Part shown: positions 1 to 7,584 of the stretch, in pieces
Numbering within the stretch: the stretch's first letter is position 1
How the letters are laid out: the number at the start of each line of letters is the position of its first letter
Assembly (NCBI GenBank): GCA_037969075.1
Contig: JBBKWS010000157.1
Coordinates: 1-17,036, forward strand
DNA from: Bdellovibrionales bacterium
GTDB taxonomy: Bacteria; Bdellovibrionota; Bdellovibrionia; Bdellovibrionales; UBA840
Reading direction: 5' to 3'
DNA length: 17,036 bases
Position numbers and translations under genes: made by a program
The notes under the pieces: model-generated
What the model was told of the DNA's origin: nothing
The model's input: the letters and a program-made list of their open reading frames with translations, nothing else
Databases searched by the model: none

Positions 1-506
1 AACTCTGCTGGCCTCAGTGAATCTAATAAATCTTTCTTGTCATCATCAGATGCTGATAAAAAGTAAAAAACTTCTCCGGTTGTCGCTTCAAAAAATGCAA
101 CGGTCTCTTTATCATAAGAAGCCATGTAATTTGCTTTACCACTTTCTATTTCATTAGGATCGTAGACCATACCAGGGCTAAGGATTCTAGTAACTCCCCT
201 TTTTACAATGCCCTTTGCGTGCTTTGGGTCTTCTAATTGATCACAAATAGCTACTTTAAAACCTGCCATTAACAATTTATTAATGGGCCCAGCGATTGAG
301 TGATGTGGCACACCACACATTTTAGTGGCGTCTTCACTTTTTTTATTTCTAACCGTTAAAGCAATTCCTAAAATAGGCGCGGCTATAATTGCATCTTGGT
401 CAAAGAGCTCATAAAAATCACCCATACGAAATAACAAAATTTTATCCGGATGTAGATTTTTCTGTTGCCAAAATTGCTCCATCATCGGACTTAGCTTCTT
501 TTTCAT
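1..506 (-). CDS. mutS: DNA mismatch repair protein MutS, N-terminal part (continues beyond window start)
   Basis: Manual translation from ATG at 506: MKKKLSPMMEQFWQQKNLHPDKILLFRMGDFYELFDQDAIIAAPILGIALTVRNK...MCGVPHHS...GFKVAICDQLEDPKHAKGIVKRGVTRILSPG. Contains the MutS domain I GDFYE (F-x-E) mismatch-binding motif; frame is open to the window edge. Confidence 0.97.
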   Translation of the reverse strand, partial: MKKKLSPMMEQFWQQKNLHPDKILLFRMGDFYELFDQDAIIAAPILGIALTVRNKKSEDATKMCGVPHHSIAGPINKLLMAGFKVAICDQLEDPKHAKGIVKRGVTRILSPGMVYDPNEIESGKANYMASYDKETVAFFEATTGEVFYFLSASDDDKKDLLDSLRPAE

Positions 507-512
507 TACTAT

Positions 513-541
513 GGGCTATGGAATTTTTGCTCTGCAGTCAA
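513..541 (-). promoter_or_regulatory. Putative sigma70 promoter of mutS
   Basis: TTGACT (541-536), 17 nt, TAGCCC (518-513), 6 nt, ATG. The -10 is imperfect and there is no Shine-Dalgarno. Confidence 0.35.
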
Positions 542-611
542 GTCTGACGCAGGACGACAGGGTCAAATAAAATCCGTGAAACCTAGACCAGCTTTGTGCT
601 GACATAAATAC

Positions 612-1763
612 ATGCTCATTACATTTATATTACAAGCAACGTTGTTATTCGCGGGCGACTCTAAAGAACAAAAATTTGAGACCATGCTGACGTCTCTACG
701 GCAAGGTGAGGTCATCACCTGCTTTGACGACTGTAAACAGGATTACGCCCTATTCTTACATGCCTTAGACCGTTACTATGAAGAGGAGCAGCCACAGCGC
801 CCTATAAACGCACCTCTTTATCCTGATTCGGGCCTATTGTTGTCTTATTATATGATCGTTAAAGATCACTTTCCTCAACTCCCTATTCCTGAAGACATTT
901 ACAACATATTGAGCCGTCAGTTTGTAGAGGATACCGAGAACTTGATTCCTGTTATTAAAGTCCTCGCAGAGTCAGATCCATTTTTTTTACAGTACCTGAG
1001 CTGGGCCGAAACAGCTACTCTTGCAACAAAAAACTATGATGCAAAAAGTATAAAGAGTTTGGTAACAGGTGAAAAGAGAATCGACTTATTTAAGCGCGGA
1101 AAATACAGTAATGGCATTCAACTTTATAAATTCTGCCGCTCAAAAAGAATTTACCCTTGCAGAATGATTGTAAAAGATAGAAATGGAAACTTCGCAAGAA
1201 CAGCAAGCGGTAAACTATGGTCTATACCTACCTTAGGAATGGCCGCTAACAGAAAACCCTATTACCAAATTAGTGGTGACACGCCATCAGGAATATATAC
1301 AATAGACAGTGTTATGCCAACCGCTGACCAAACTAGATCCTTTGGTTTATATCGCCGACTTATATTAAATTTTATTCCAAAATCTATCAGCGAACAAAAT
1401 CACTTGTACCTATTACCATCCACCCACAAAGACGAAACTTGGTGGAAAGAAGCTGTGACAGCAAGACAGGTAGGAAGAGATCTATTACGAGTGCACGGTA
1501 CTGGCAAGATAGTGACTAAACCAACGGACCCCTACTACAGGTTTGCCCCTACACAAGGCTGCATAAACACGCGCGAGAACACTTACGACAGTGTGACTTA
1601 CAAAGACCAAAGACTATTATTAGATGCCATCATGGTTACGCTGGGTTTGCCTAGTAGGTATGAAAATGAAAGTAAAATAACTGGCCTACTATATGTAATC
1701 AATGTCGATGATACAGAGGCTGCAGTTAGCGCGGAAGATATCCAAAGCTGGAATATTAACTAA
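612..1763 (+). CDS. Secreted protein with C-terminal L,D-transpeptidase (YkuD)-like catalytic domain
   Basis: Short hydrophobic N-terminus; GDTPSGIY resembles the YkuD TPxGxY motif; RVHGTG...PTQGCI resembles the HG-x(n)-[ST]xGC catalytic signature (His codon 1494, Cys codon 1560). Confidence 0.6.
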   Translation: MLITFILQATLLFAGDSKEQKFETMLTSLRQGEVITCFDDCKQDYALFLHALDRYYEEEQPQRPINAPLYPDSGLLLSYYMIVKDHFPQLPIPEDIYNILSRQFVEDTENLIPVIKVLAESDPFFLQYLSWAETATLATKNYDAKSIKSLVTGEKRIDLFKRGKYSNGIQLYKFCRSKRIYPCRMIVKDRNGNFARTASGKLWSIPTLGMAANRKPYYQISGDTPSGIYTIDSVMPTADQTRSFGLYRRLILNFIPKSISEQNHLYLLPSTHKDETWWKEAVTARQVGRDLLRVHGTGKIVTKPTDPYYRFAPTQGCINTRENTYDSVTYKDQRLLLDAIMVTLGLPSRYENESKITGLLYVINVDDTEAAVSAEDIQSWNIN

Positions 1764-3632
1764 TTAAAACACAAGAGATTTTACTTTAGGAATCTCTTGC
1801 CTATTGATCCTTGGACTAGCTTTTTTCACAGAATAAGTCTCATTATCTTTTTCATCTTCTAAAATTAATGTAAATCTTGGCTTACTACCTCTTAATTCAA
1901 GATACTCGCTACCTTTGTCTTTATTTAAATCCCTTGATTGAAACGACTTCCAATGACTTAGTATATCTGGCTCAATTTTTTGCTCAAAGATATCACCAAT
2001 CCAACTTTTTAAATTACTACTATCTTTCAATTTTACATGCTCATTGATCCAGTTTATCTTGTCACTAATTAGGTTTCTTTCAAACTCTACCTTACCCCTA
2101 GCGATATCAAACTGTCTCCCGCTAAAACCACGAAATACAGCCTCACCTTTCCAACGAAATGACTCATCTTGAATTACATCAACTTTAATATCTGTAAAAT
2201 CAATAGTTGCGGAAAATAATTTTTTCCACATTTCATTGGCCACCATATTGCTGGCAGTAAACTTTGCGGTTACCTTATCTGCTTTAGCAAGAGAAGATAA
2301 ATGCAAATCACCGGCTGCCCCTTTAATGGCTAAATCCTTAGTGTCAAAAAAGCTCCCCTCTGAACTTAATTCGTAACTCACTTTCGTGGGTAGTACTTCT
2401 ATATTATTTTTCAATCCATAGGGCTCAATAAATAACGTGGCATTGCGCCATATTCCAACAAATAGTAATTTTCCATCTGTACGGATAGAAAGATCACCAC
2501 TGGTCTGCCCTGCATTCAACACCAGTTGATTTAATTCAGATGTAAAGATATAGGGAAAAATTTCTTCCATTGCTAACATCTCAATTTTGATTTTACTTGT
2601 GCTAGCGAGCTCTCTGTCTTTCAACTTTAGCTGAAAGGGTTCTGATGTAAGCTTGGCAAAATCTCCTGTTAACCTAAACTCTTCAAAATACATAACGATG
2701 TTTTTAGCAAAAAAATCATCCCATCTGCTAACCGTATGAGTTTTCAAATGTATCCACTCCCCTACCATGGGTTTTATTCGAGACAACTCAGGGTGTCTAC
2801 CCTTTAGCATATTCAGTACGTATTGCATCGGAAAGTCGGACACAGTAAATGTCGTTTTAAAATTTTTGTCCCCAAGAGGCACTATCTCTAGATCTAACTT
2901 TGCTTCCCTAAGCCTTGCGTTGATCTTAATGTTTTGGTTTTCATCAAAGCTACCACTGATTTTTAATAGAGGAATATTTCCCATGTTAAAATCTGGGCTA
3001 AATGTTAAGTCAGATAAAAAATTATACGCTTTCCCTTTGGCAGCTATTGTAAGATTCGTAAACTCCATAAATCTCGCGGCATTTCTTTCTGTAATAAGCT
3101 TTAGCTTGCCTACTCTAAAATCTGGGAGACTTTTAACAATTCCCAACTCTTCAATGGCTGCATGTCTTGAGCTTACACCTATCGCTGGCGGAGATATCAT
3201 TGTGCGCCCCTGCAAATTAGGCTTAGCATTTTCGGTACACGCATAATCTTTAATGATGGCAACCTCTAGCTGACTAGTAATCACCTCTTCAAGCTCTAGC
3301 TTCCGACGAAACAATCTTGTCAAATCTACAGAAAAATACACATCCGGACTCGAAACTTCAATATAGTTACAATTCTTACTATATGAGACATGAAAGCCTT
3401 TCCATGCTAGCCCTGGTCTAAAAAATATTCCATGAAAAAAATTAAATTCTACAACATCAACTTTTAATTCATACAGCGTTACTTCTTTTTGTAATCTTGC
3501 TCTCAAAACTGCTTCTAAATACTTGGGAGATACGACAGCATAAAAAGATTTATAAATTGAGAAACCAAATACTAACGCTAGAAACGTTAAGAAAAAATAT
3601 AACCCTGATAATCTTGATTCACTAATTCGCAA
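1764..3632 (-). CDS. Hypothetical N-terminally anchored beta-rich protein, possibly AsmA-like
   Basis: 622-aa ORF with TTG start preceded by AGGTG; one N-terminal TM helix, then alternating beta-strand pattern; 'VYFSVDLTRLFRRKLELEEV' resembles the AsmA N-terminal motif. CDS is solid, family is tentative. Confidence 0.55.
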   Translation of the reverse strand: MRISESRLSGLYFFLTFLALVFGFSIYKSFYAVVSPKYLEAVLRARLQKEVTLYELKVDVVEFNFFHGIFFRPGLAWKGFHVSYSKNCNYIEVSSPDVYFSVDLTRLFRRKLELEEVITSQLEVAIIKDYACTENAKPNLQGRTMISPPAIGVSSRHAAIEELGIVKSLPDFRVGKLKLITERNAARFMEFTNLTIAAKGKAYNFLSDLTFSPDFNMGNIPLLKISGSFDENQNIKINARLREAKLDLEIVPLGDKNFKTTFTVSDFPMQYVLNMLKGRHPELSRIKPMVGEWIHLKTHTVSRWDDFFAKNIVMYFEEFRLTGDFAKLTSEPFQLKLKDRELASTSKIKIEMLAMEEIFPYIFTSELNQLVLNAGQTSGDLSIRTDGKLLFVGIWRNATLFIEPYGLKNNIEVLPTKVSYELSSEGSFFDTKDLAIKGAAGDLHLSSLAKADKVTAKFTASNMVANEMWKKLFSATIDFTDIKVDVIQDESFRWKGEAVFRGFSGRQFDIARGKVEFERNLISDKINWINEHVKLKDSSNLKSWIGDIFEQKIEPDILSHWKSFQSRDLNKDKGSEYLELRGSKPRFTLILEDEKDNETYSVKKASPRINRQEIPKVKSLVF

Positions 3633-3651
3633 AACACACCTACCTAGTTAC

Positions 3652-3702
3652 AATGTAAAAGCCCTTTTGGATATTGACAATGTCTTTTATCAATTCCATG
3701 AT
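3652..3702. promoter_or_regulatory. Overlapping divergent sigma70 promoters (AsmA-like gene / pduO)
   Basis: Plus strand: TTGACA (3674-3679)-17 nt-CATGAT (3697-3702). Minus strand: TTGTCA (3680-3675)-17 nt-TACATT (3657-3652). Confidence 0.6.
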
Positions 3703-3709
3703 CTATGGT

Positions 3710-4276
3710 ATGGCCGACATGAAAATTTACACAAAAACAGGGGACAAAGGTACTACCGCTTTATGGAGTGGAAAACGTGTTACCAAAAATCATCCTCGAT
3801 TGCACGCATATGGCTCTATCGATGAGCTCAATAGTCACTTAGGCGTTACCCAATCCCTAGTTTTATCTACACCCGAGATCACATCACTCTCTGCAAGTAT
3901 TACAGAGATTCAAAATCAATTATTTCTATTAGGATCTTACATCGCTTGTGATGAAAAGAAGCTGATAGCCCAACTGCCCCCTCTAGATACCAACGCTGCC
4001 CAAAATCTAGAAGTTAAAATTGACTCCATGCAAACAGAGCTGCCGACACTCACTAATTTTATTTTACCTAACGGACATAGCGCTTCAGCGCAATTACAAG
4101 TTGCTAGATGCATTTGCAGAAGAGCGGAAAGAGATTTTATAGTCTGTAAAGATGAGGTTTTTGAAAATGAATCTATCGAAATTTATTTAAACCGTCTGAG
4201 TGATTATTTATTCGTTGCTGCTAGATGGGTGAATCATAAAATGTCATTTAAAGAAACGATTTGGAGTATTAAATAA
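3710..4276 (+). CDS. pduO: PduO-type ATP:cob(I)alamin adenosyltransferase
   Basis: KIYTKTGDKG, YGSIDELNS, FILP, ARCICRRAER and YLNRLSDYLF motifs. Start is probably ATG 3710 or 3719; the track's TTG 3674 lies in the -35 box. Confidence 0.95.
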   Translation: MADMKIYTKTGDKGTTALWSGKRVTKNHPRLHAYGSIDELNSHLGVTQSLVLSTPEITSLSASITEIQNQLFLLGSYIACDEKKLIAQLPPLDTNAAQNLEVKIDSMQTELPTLTNFILPNGHSASAQLQVARCICRRAERDFIVCKDEVFENESIEIYLNRLSDYLFVAARWVNHKMSFKETIWSIK

Positions 4277-4302
4277 AAAAGCTCCCGAAGGAGCCTTTTT
4301 TT
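4275..4302. terminator. Bidirectional intrinsic terminator between pduO and greA
   Basis: A-tract, GCTCC-CGAA-GGAGC hairpin, C, T-tract between convergent genes. Confidence 0.85.
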
Positions 4303-4305
4303 ATC

Positions 4306-4782
4306 TTACTTAAAGAAAAGTTTTGTAACTTCGTATTCTTTGTCACCGCTTGGTGTAGCAACAACAACTTCTTCTCCCACTTTTTTACCAATCAAGGCTC
4401 TCGCTAGCGGAGAAACGATGGATATCTTGCCTGAGGCAACATCGGCTTCACTCACCCCTACGATTTGATAGGCTACAGTTTTATCCGTATTTAAATCCTT
4501 AAGCTCTACATGAGCACCAAACACCACCCTATCTCCACTAAGCTTTGATGTGTCTACAACTTGAGCTCCTGATAATTGATGGTTGATTTCGCCAATTCTG
4601 GCCTCAATGAACCCCTGACGCTCTTTAGCTGCATCATAATCAGCATTTTCACTTAAATCACCGTTAGATCTTGCGTGTTCAATCGCTTTTACCGTATTTG
4701 GACGCTCTTCATGCATAAGGCGTTTAAGCTCAGCTTCTAAGCTTTGCTTACCTTTTAGCGTTATTGGTAGAAAATCAGACAT
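4306..4782 (-). CDS. greA: Transcription elongation factor GreA
   Basis: GDLSENADYDAAKERQ and ISIVSPLARALIGK motifs; ATG 4782 preceded by GGAGGA gives 158 aa. Confidence 0.97.
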   Translation of the reverse strand: MSDFLPITLKGKQSLEAELKRLMHEERPNTVKAIEHARSNGDLSENADYDAAKERQGFIEARIGEINHQLSGAQVVDTSKLSGDRVVFGAHVELKDLNTDKTVAYQIVGVSEADVASGKISIVSPLARALIGKKVGEEVVVATPSGDKEYEVTKLFFK

Positions 4783-4807
4783 ATAGTCCTCCAAAATGAA
4801 AAGCGAA

Positions 4808-4852
4808 TTTATACCCAAAAGCTTTGACCGATGCAATACTTATAGGGAAAAT
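4808..4852. promoter_or_regulatory. Overlapping divergent sigma70 promoters (greA / mgtE)
   Basis: Minus strand: TTGCAT (4836-4831)-17 nt-TATAAA (4813-4808). Plus strand: TTGACC (4824-4829)-17 nt-GAAAAT (4847-4852). Confidence 0.5.
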
Positions 4853-4884
4853 AGAGCAAAATTGATGATTTGGAGCGCTTTGCC

Positions 4885-6234
4885 ATGAGATTGAACCCCA
4901 GCAATATATCAATTATTAAAAGATTGTTGTCTGGAAAAAATTCTAGGCCATTAAAATCTATTTTAAAAAAGTGCGAACCTGCTGATATTGCTGGATTATT
5001 TAATCTTTTGCACCAAAAAGAGTCCGTTAATTTAATGGAAGCGATCATTAGTACTGATCAAGCTGCCGAAGTCCTCTTAGAAGTTCCTGAGCAACAACTG
5101 AGAATTTTATTAGAAAGAATGGAAATAGATAAGATTACCGTACTTCTTACCTATTACCCAGAAGACGCTTGCTCGTATTTCTTAAGTGTCATGGAAGAAT
5201 CGCAAAGAGATACCGTGATCAATCTTTTATCTATTGAGCGCAGACAAAGACTCTTACAACTTTTAAGTTACCCCGAAGACACGGCAGGGCGTGTGATGGG
5301 TACTAGCTTATTTACTTTACCCATTACATTAAATGCAAGCCAAGCCATCGAACACTTGAGAGAAAAACCAAAAGACTTTTCTTTTTACTACGCCTACTGC
5401 GTAGATGAAAATGGCAAACTTGTGGGCGTTGTTTCTTTAAGAGAAATGGCTACAGCTCCGGCGCAGACTCCACTTATAGACCTTGCTAAAAAAGAGGTTA
5501 TCAGTGTTAGCCCCACAACCACCAACGAAGAGGTTGCACAACTCGTAGAAAAATATAATTTTTTAGCTATTCCTGTAGTAGACCCTGATCATAAAGTTTT
5601 AGGGGTAATCGCCATTGACGATGTCGTAGATATTATTCAAGAACAAGCTACTGCTGATATATATGCTTCTGCCGGTCTACAAGAAGATGACCGAGTGTAT
5701 AGCCCTATTCTTTTTAGTATCAAAAACAGATTACCTTGGATGCTGTTAAATTTGGTGTTGGCATCCTATGTCAGTCGCGTAGTGAGTTTGTTTGAAGCCA
5801 CTATGCAAGAACTTATCGTCTTAGCAACTTTAAATAATATTGTTGCCGGCATGGGTGGCAATACTGCCATACAAACCTTAACCGTTGTAACCAGAGGATT
5901 ATCTCTTGGAGATTTTAATTATACCTCTAAAACAAAAGCCATTTTAAAAGAAGCGGCTGTGGGTTCTTTTAACGGAGTTATCGTCGGGCTTTGCGCCGGA
6001 GTGATGGTATATTTTTGGAAAGACAATTTAATGGTAGCTATTGTTATTTGTTTAGCACTGATGCTAAATTCATTTTTTGCATCCACCCTTGGTACCATTG
6101 TCCCTCTAACAATGAAGCACTTTAAAAGAGATCCTGCCGCAGGGAGCGGGGTAATTGTAACTGTACTTTGTGATTGCTTAGGGTTCTTTGCCTTCTTAGG
6201 AATCGCCACTTTTGCCCTACGTCACTTTCACTAA
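4885..6234 (+). CDS. mgtE: Magnesium transporter MgtE
   Basis: N-domain, YPEDTAGRVM, tandem CBS domains, RLPWMLLNL, GMGGNTAIQ, DPA and the Mg-binding Asp in the last TM (VLCDCLG). Start taken as ATG 4885 after GGAG. Confidence 0.96.
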   Translation: MRLNPSNISIIKRLLSGKNSRPLKSILKKCEPADIAGLFNLLHQKESVNLMEAIISTDQAAEVLLEVPEQQLRILLERMEIDKITVLLTYYPEDACSYFLSVMEESQRDTVINLLSIERRQRLLQLLSYPEDTAGRVMGTSLFTLPITLNASQAIEHLREKPKDFSFYYAYCVDENGKLVGVVSLREMATAPAQTPLIDLAKKEVISVSPTTTNEEVAQLVEKYNFLAIPVVDPDHKVLGVIAIDDVVDIIQEQATADIYASAGLQEDDRVYSPILFSIKNRLPWMLLNLVLASYVSRVVSLFEATMQELIVLATLNNIVAGMGGNTAIQTLTVVTRGLSLGDFNYTSKTKAILKEAAVGSFNGVIVGLCAGVMVYFWKDNLMVAIVICLALMLNSFFASTLGTIVPLTMKHFKRDPAAGSGVIVTVLCDCLGFFAFLGIATFALRHFH

Positions 6235-6249
6235 ATAAAACGAGCTTAA

Positions 6250-6462
6250 ATGAAGAAAAAACAAGAACATTTCATTTGCCTCTGCAACTCTATAACTGAG
6301 GAAATAATTAAGAAAGCGATTGTTGACGGTGTGAAAGATGCTGACGAACTATATGACAAAACAGGCGCGGGTGTCGGTCCTTGCGGAGGCTCTTGTCGAA
6401 AACTAACGACGTCTTGGATCGAGTATTACAAAACGTATAAAAGCTTTCCACCAAAAAAATAA
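6250..6462 (+). CDS. BFD-like [2Fe-2S]-binding protein
   Basis: ICLCN...TGAGVGPCGGSC; 70 aa; 15 nt downstream of mgtE, probably co-transcribed. Confidence 0.85.
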   Translation: MKKKQEHFICLCNSITEEIIKKAIVDGVKDADELYDKTGAGVGPCGGSCRKLTTSWIEYYKTYKSFPPKK

Positions 6463-6584
6463 ATCTTTTTTAGTTTACCATCTTTGTAGTCTCACACAAA
6501 GATTCACTATCAATGATTCAGCTGTCCTACGCATAATATATTGTATTGTGCTTTGTATAAATTTATACCTTCGCACCAATATGA

Positions 6585-6613
6585 TTGCTCAAAAATTAAA
6601 GGTCAGATATACT
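6585..6613 (+). promoter_or_regulatory. Putative sigma70 promoter of the HUH gene (leaderless)
   Basis: TTGCTC-17 nt-TATACT-7 nt-ATG; no Shine-Dalgarno. Confidence 0.6.
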
Positions 6614-6620
6614 GCCGACA

Positions 6621-7142
6621 ATGAAACAACAATCCCTACTTAAACCACAAAGATCCGACCATGGCGGCAGCCTTAAGCACCCACAAAAAAGAAGGCGCCC
6701 CCTATCTACCTCTCAAAGCATGCATATAGTTCTTAGATCTTCGAAAGCTAGAGGTAAATTTTCATTTAAAAAATATCAAAAATCCATCGATCAAATTTTA
6801 ATGACATTTGCCAACAAATATTATGTTCAGATCCTATCTTATGCCAATGTAGGAAACCATATTCACCTTCATATCAAATTATTCAAACGTAAGTTTTATG
6901 CTCCATTTATCAGAGCCGTGACAGCAGCCATTATGATAAAAGTAACAGGCTTTTCTAAGTGGAATAAAAAGCCTGAAGGCTTTCGATTTTGGGATCATAG
7001 ACCATTTTCAAGAATCGCCTCTGGCTTTAAAGCGTTTTTACATTTAACTGATTATATTCAAATTAACAAAGAAGAAGCCAAGGGGCTTAGTCGCGAGCAA
7101 GCTAGGCATAATGTTTTTTTAAAACGTTTAAAGCCAACGTAA
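6621..7142 (+). CDS. Y1 HUH transposase-like protein (IS200/IS605 TnpA or RAYT-like)
   Basis: MHIVLRS first strand, GNHIHL HUH motif (6858-6866), FWxxRxFSR, and DYIQIN with candidate catalytic Tyr (codon 7053). Confidence 0.8.
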   Translation: MKQQSLLKPQRSDHGGSLKHPQKRRRPLSTSQSMHIVLRSSKARGKFSFKKYQKSIDQILMTFANKYYVQILSYANVGNHIHLHIKLFKRKFYAPFIRAVTAAIMIKVTGFSKWNKKPEGFRFWDHRPFSRIASGFKAFLHLTDYIQINKEEAKGLSREQARHNVFLKRLKPT

Positions 7143-7144
7143 TT

Positions 7145-7552
7145 TTATGCTTTTCTATAGTTCAAAATATTTTCGATATCAGTTCTGCAGTTACCACAGG
7201 TAACTCCGGCCGAGCAGTATTTACCAATCTCTTCGACTTTGTGAAGACCGTTAATAATAGCCTGATCAACTACTTTGGTAGGTATGGCCCTACAGTGACA
7301 AAGCTCTTCTTCTTGATACGGAAAATCCCAAACATCTTTTGCTTTTTGAATCAGCTCTCTGACCAGCATACTGACATGAGAGTTCCCCTCTGGCAGAGAT
7401 AACTTAAAAGGATCGGCCGTTTTTTGTTCGTTGAGTAGCTTACAAACTTTTATTATTTCAGAACAGCCACTTGCCGAAAATGATAACACGCCCGCAACAA
7501 GGTCGACTGTGATGCTATCTTGGTTTTCAAGCTCAACCGTAATGGGTTTCAT
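7145..7552 (-). CDS. [2Fe-2S]-binding protein: degenerate IscU/NifU-N-like domain plus BFD-like domain
   Basis: C-terminal LCHC...SAGVTCGNC is a BFD-type 4-Cys motif; N-terminal FSASGC and LPEGNSHVS echo NifU/IscU motifs. Confidence 0.8.
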   Translation of the reverse strand: MKPITVELENQDSITVDLVAGVLSFSASGCSEIIKVCKLLNEQKTADPFKLSLPEGNSHVSMLVRELIQKAKDVWDFPYQEEELCHCRAIPTKVVDQAIINGLHKVEEIGKYCSAGVTCGNCRTDIENILNYRKA

Positions 7553-7584
7553 ATAGATAGTTTAAGTAGTTACTAGTCTGAACG

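Noticed and set aside
2767..3246. 159-aa plus-strand ORF
   Set aside because: Antisense shadow inside the 622-aa gene; no motifs.
4809..5048. 79-aa minus-strand ORF (also 5919-6209)
   Set aside because: Antisense to mgtE; no coding hallmarks.
6571..6589. Sigma54-like TCGCAC...TTGC upstream of the HUH gene
   Set aside because: Lacks GG and has the wrong spacing; the sigma70 reading fits better.
7096..7106. 11-mer AGCAAGCTAGG repeated at 13027-13037
   Set aside because: An 11-nt match is expected by chance in 17 kb.
6463..7144. Complete IS200/IS605 element or REP/RAYT cluster
   Set aside because: No tnpB, no repeated GTAG-palindrome REPs, and no intergenic space or convincing hairpin for a right end.
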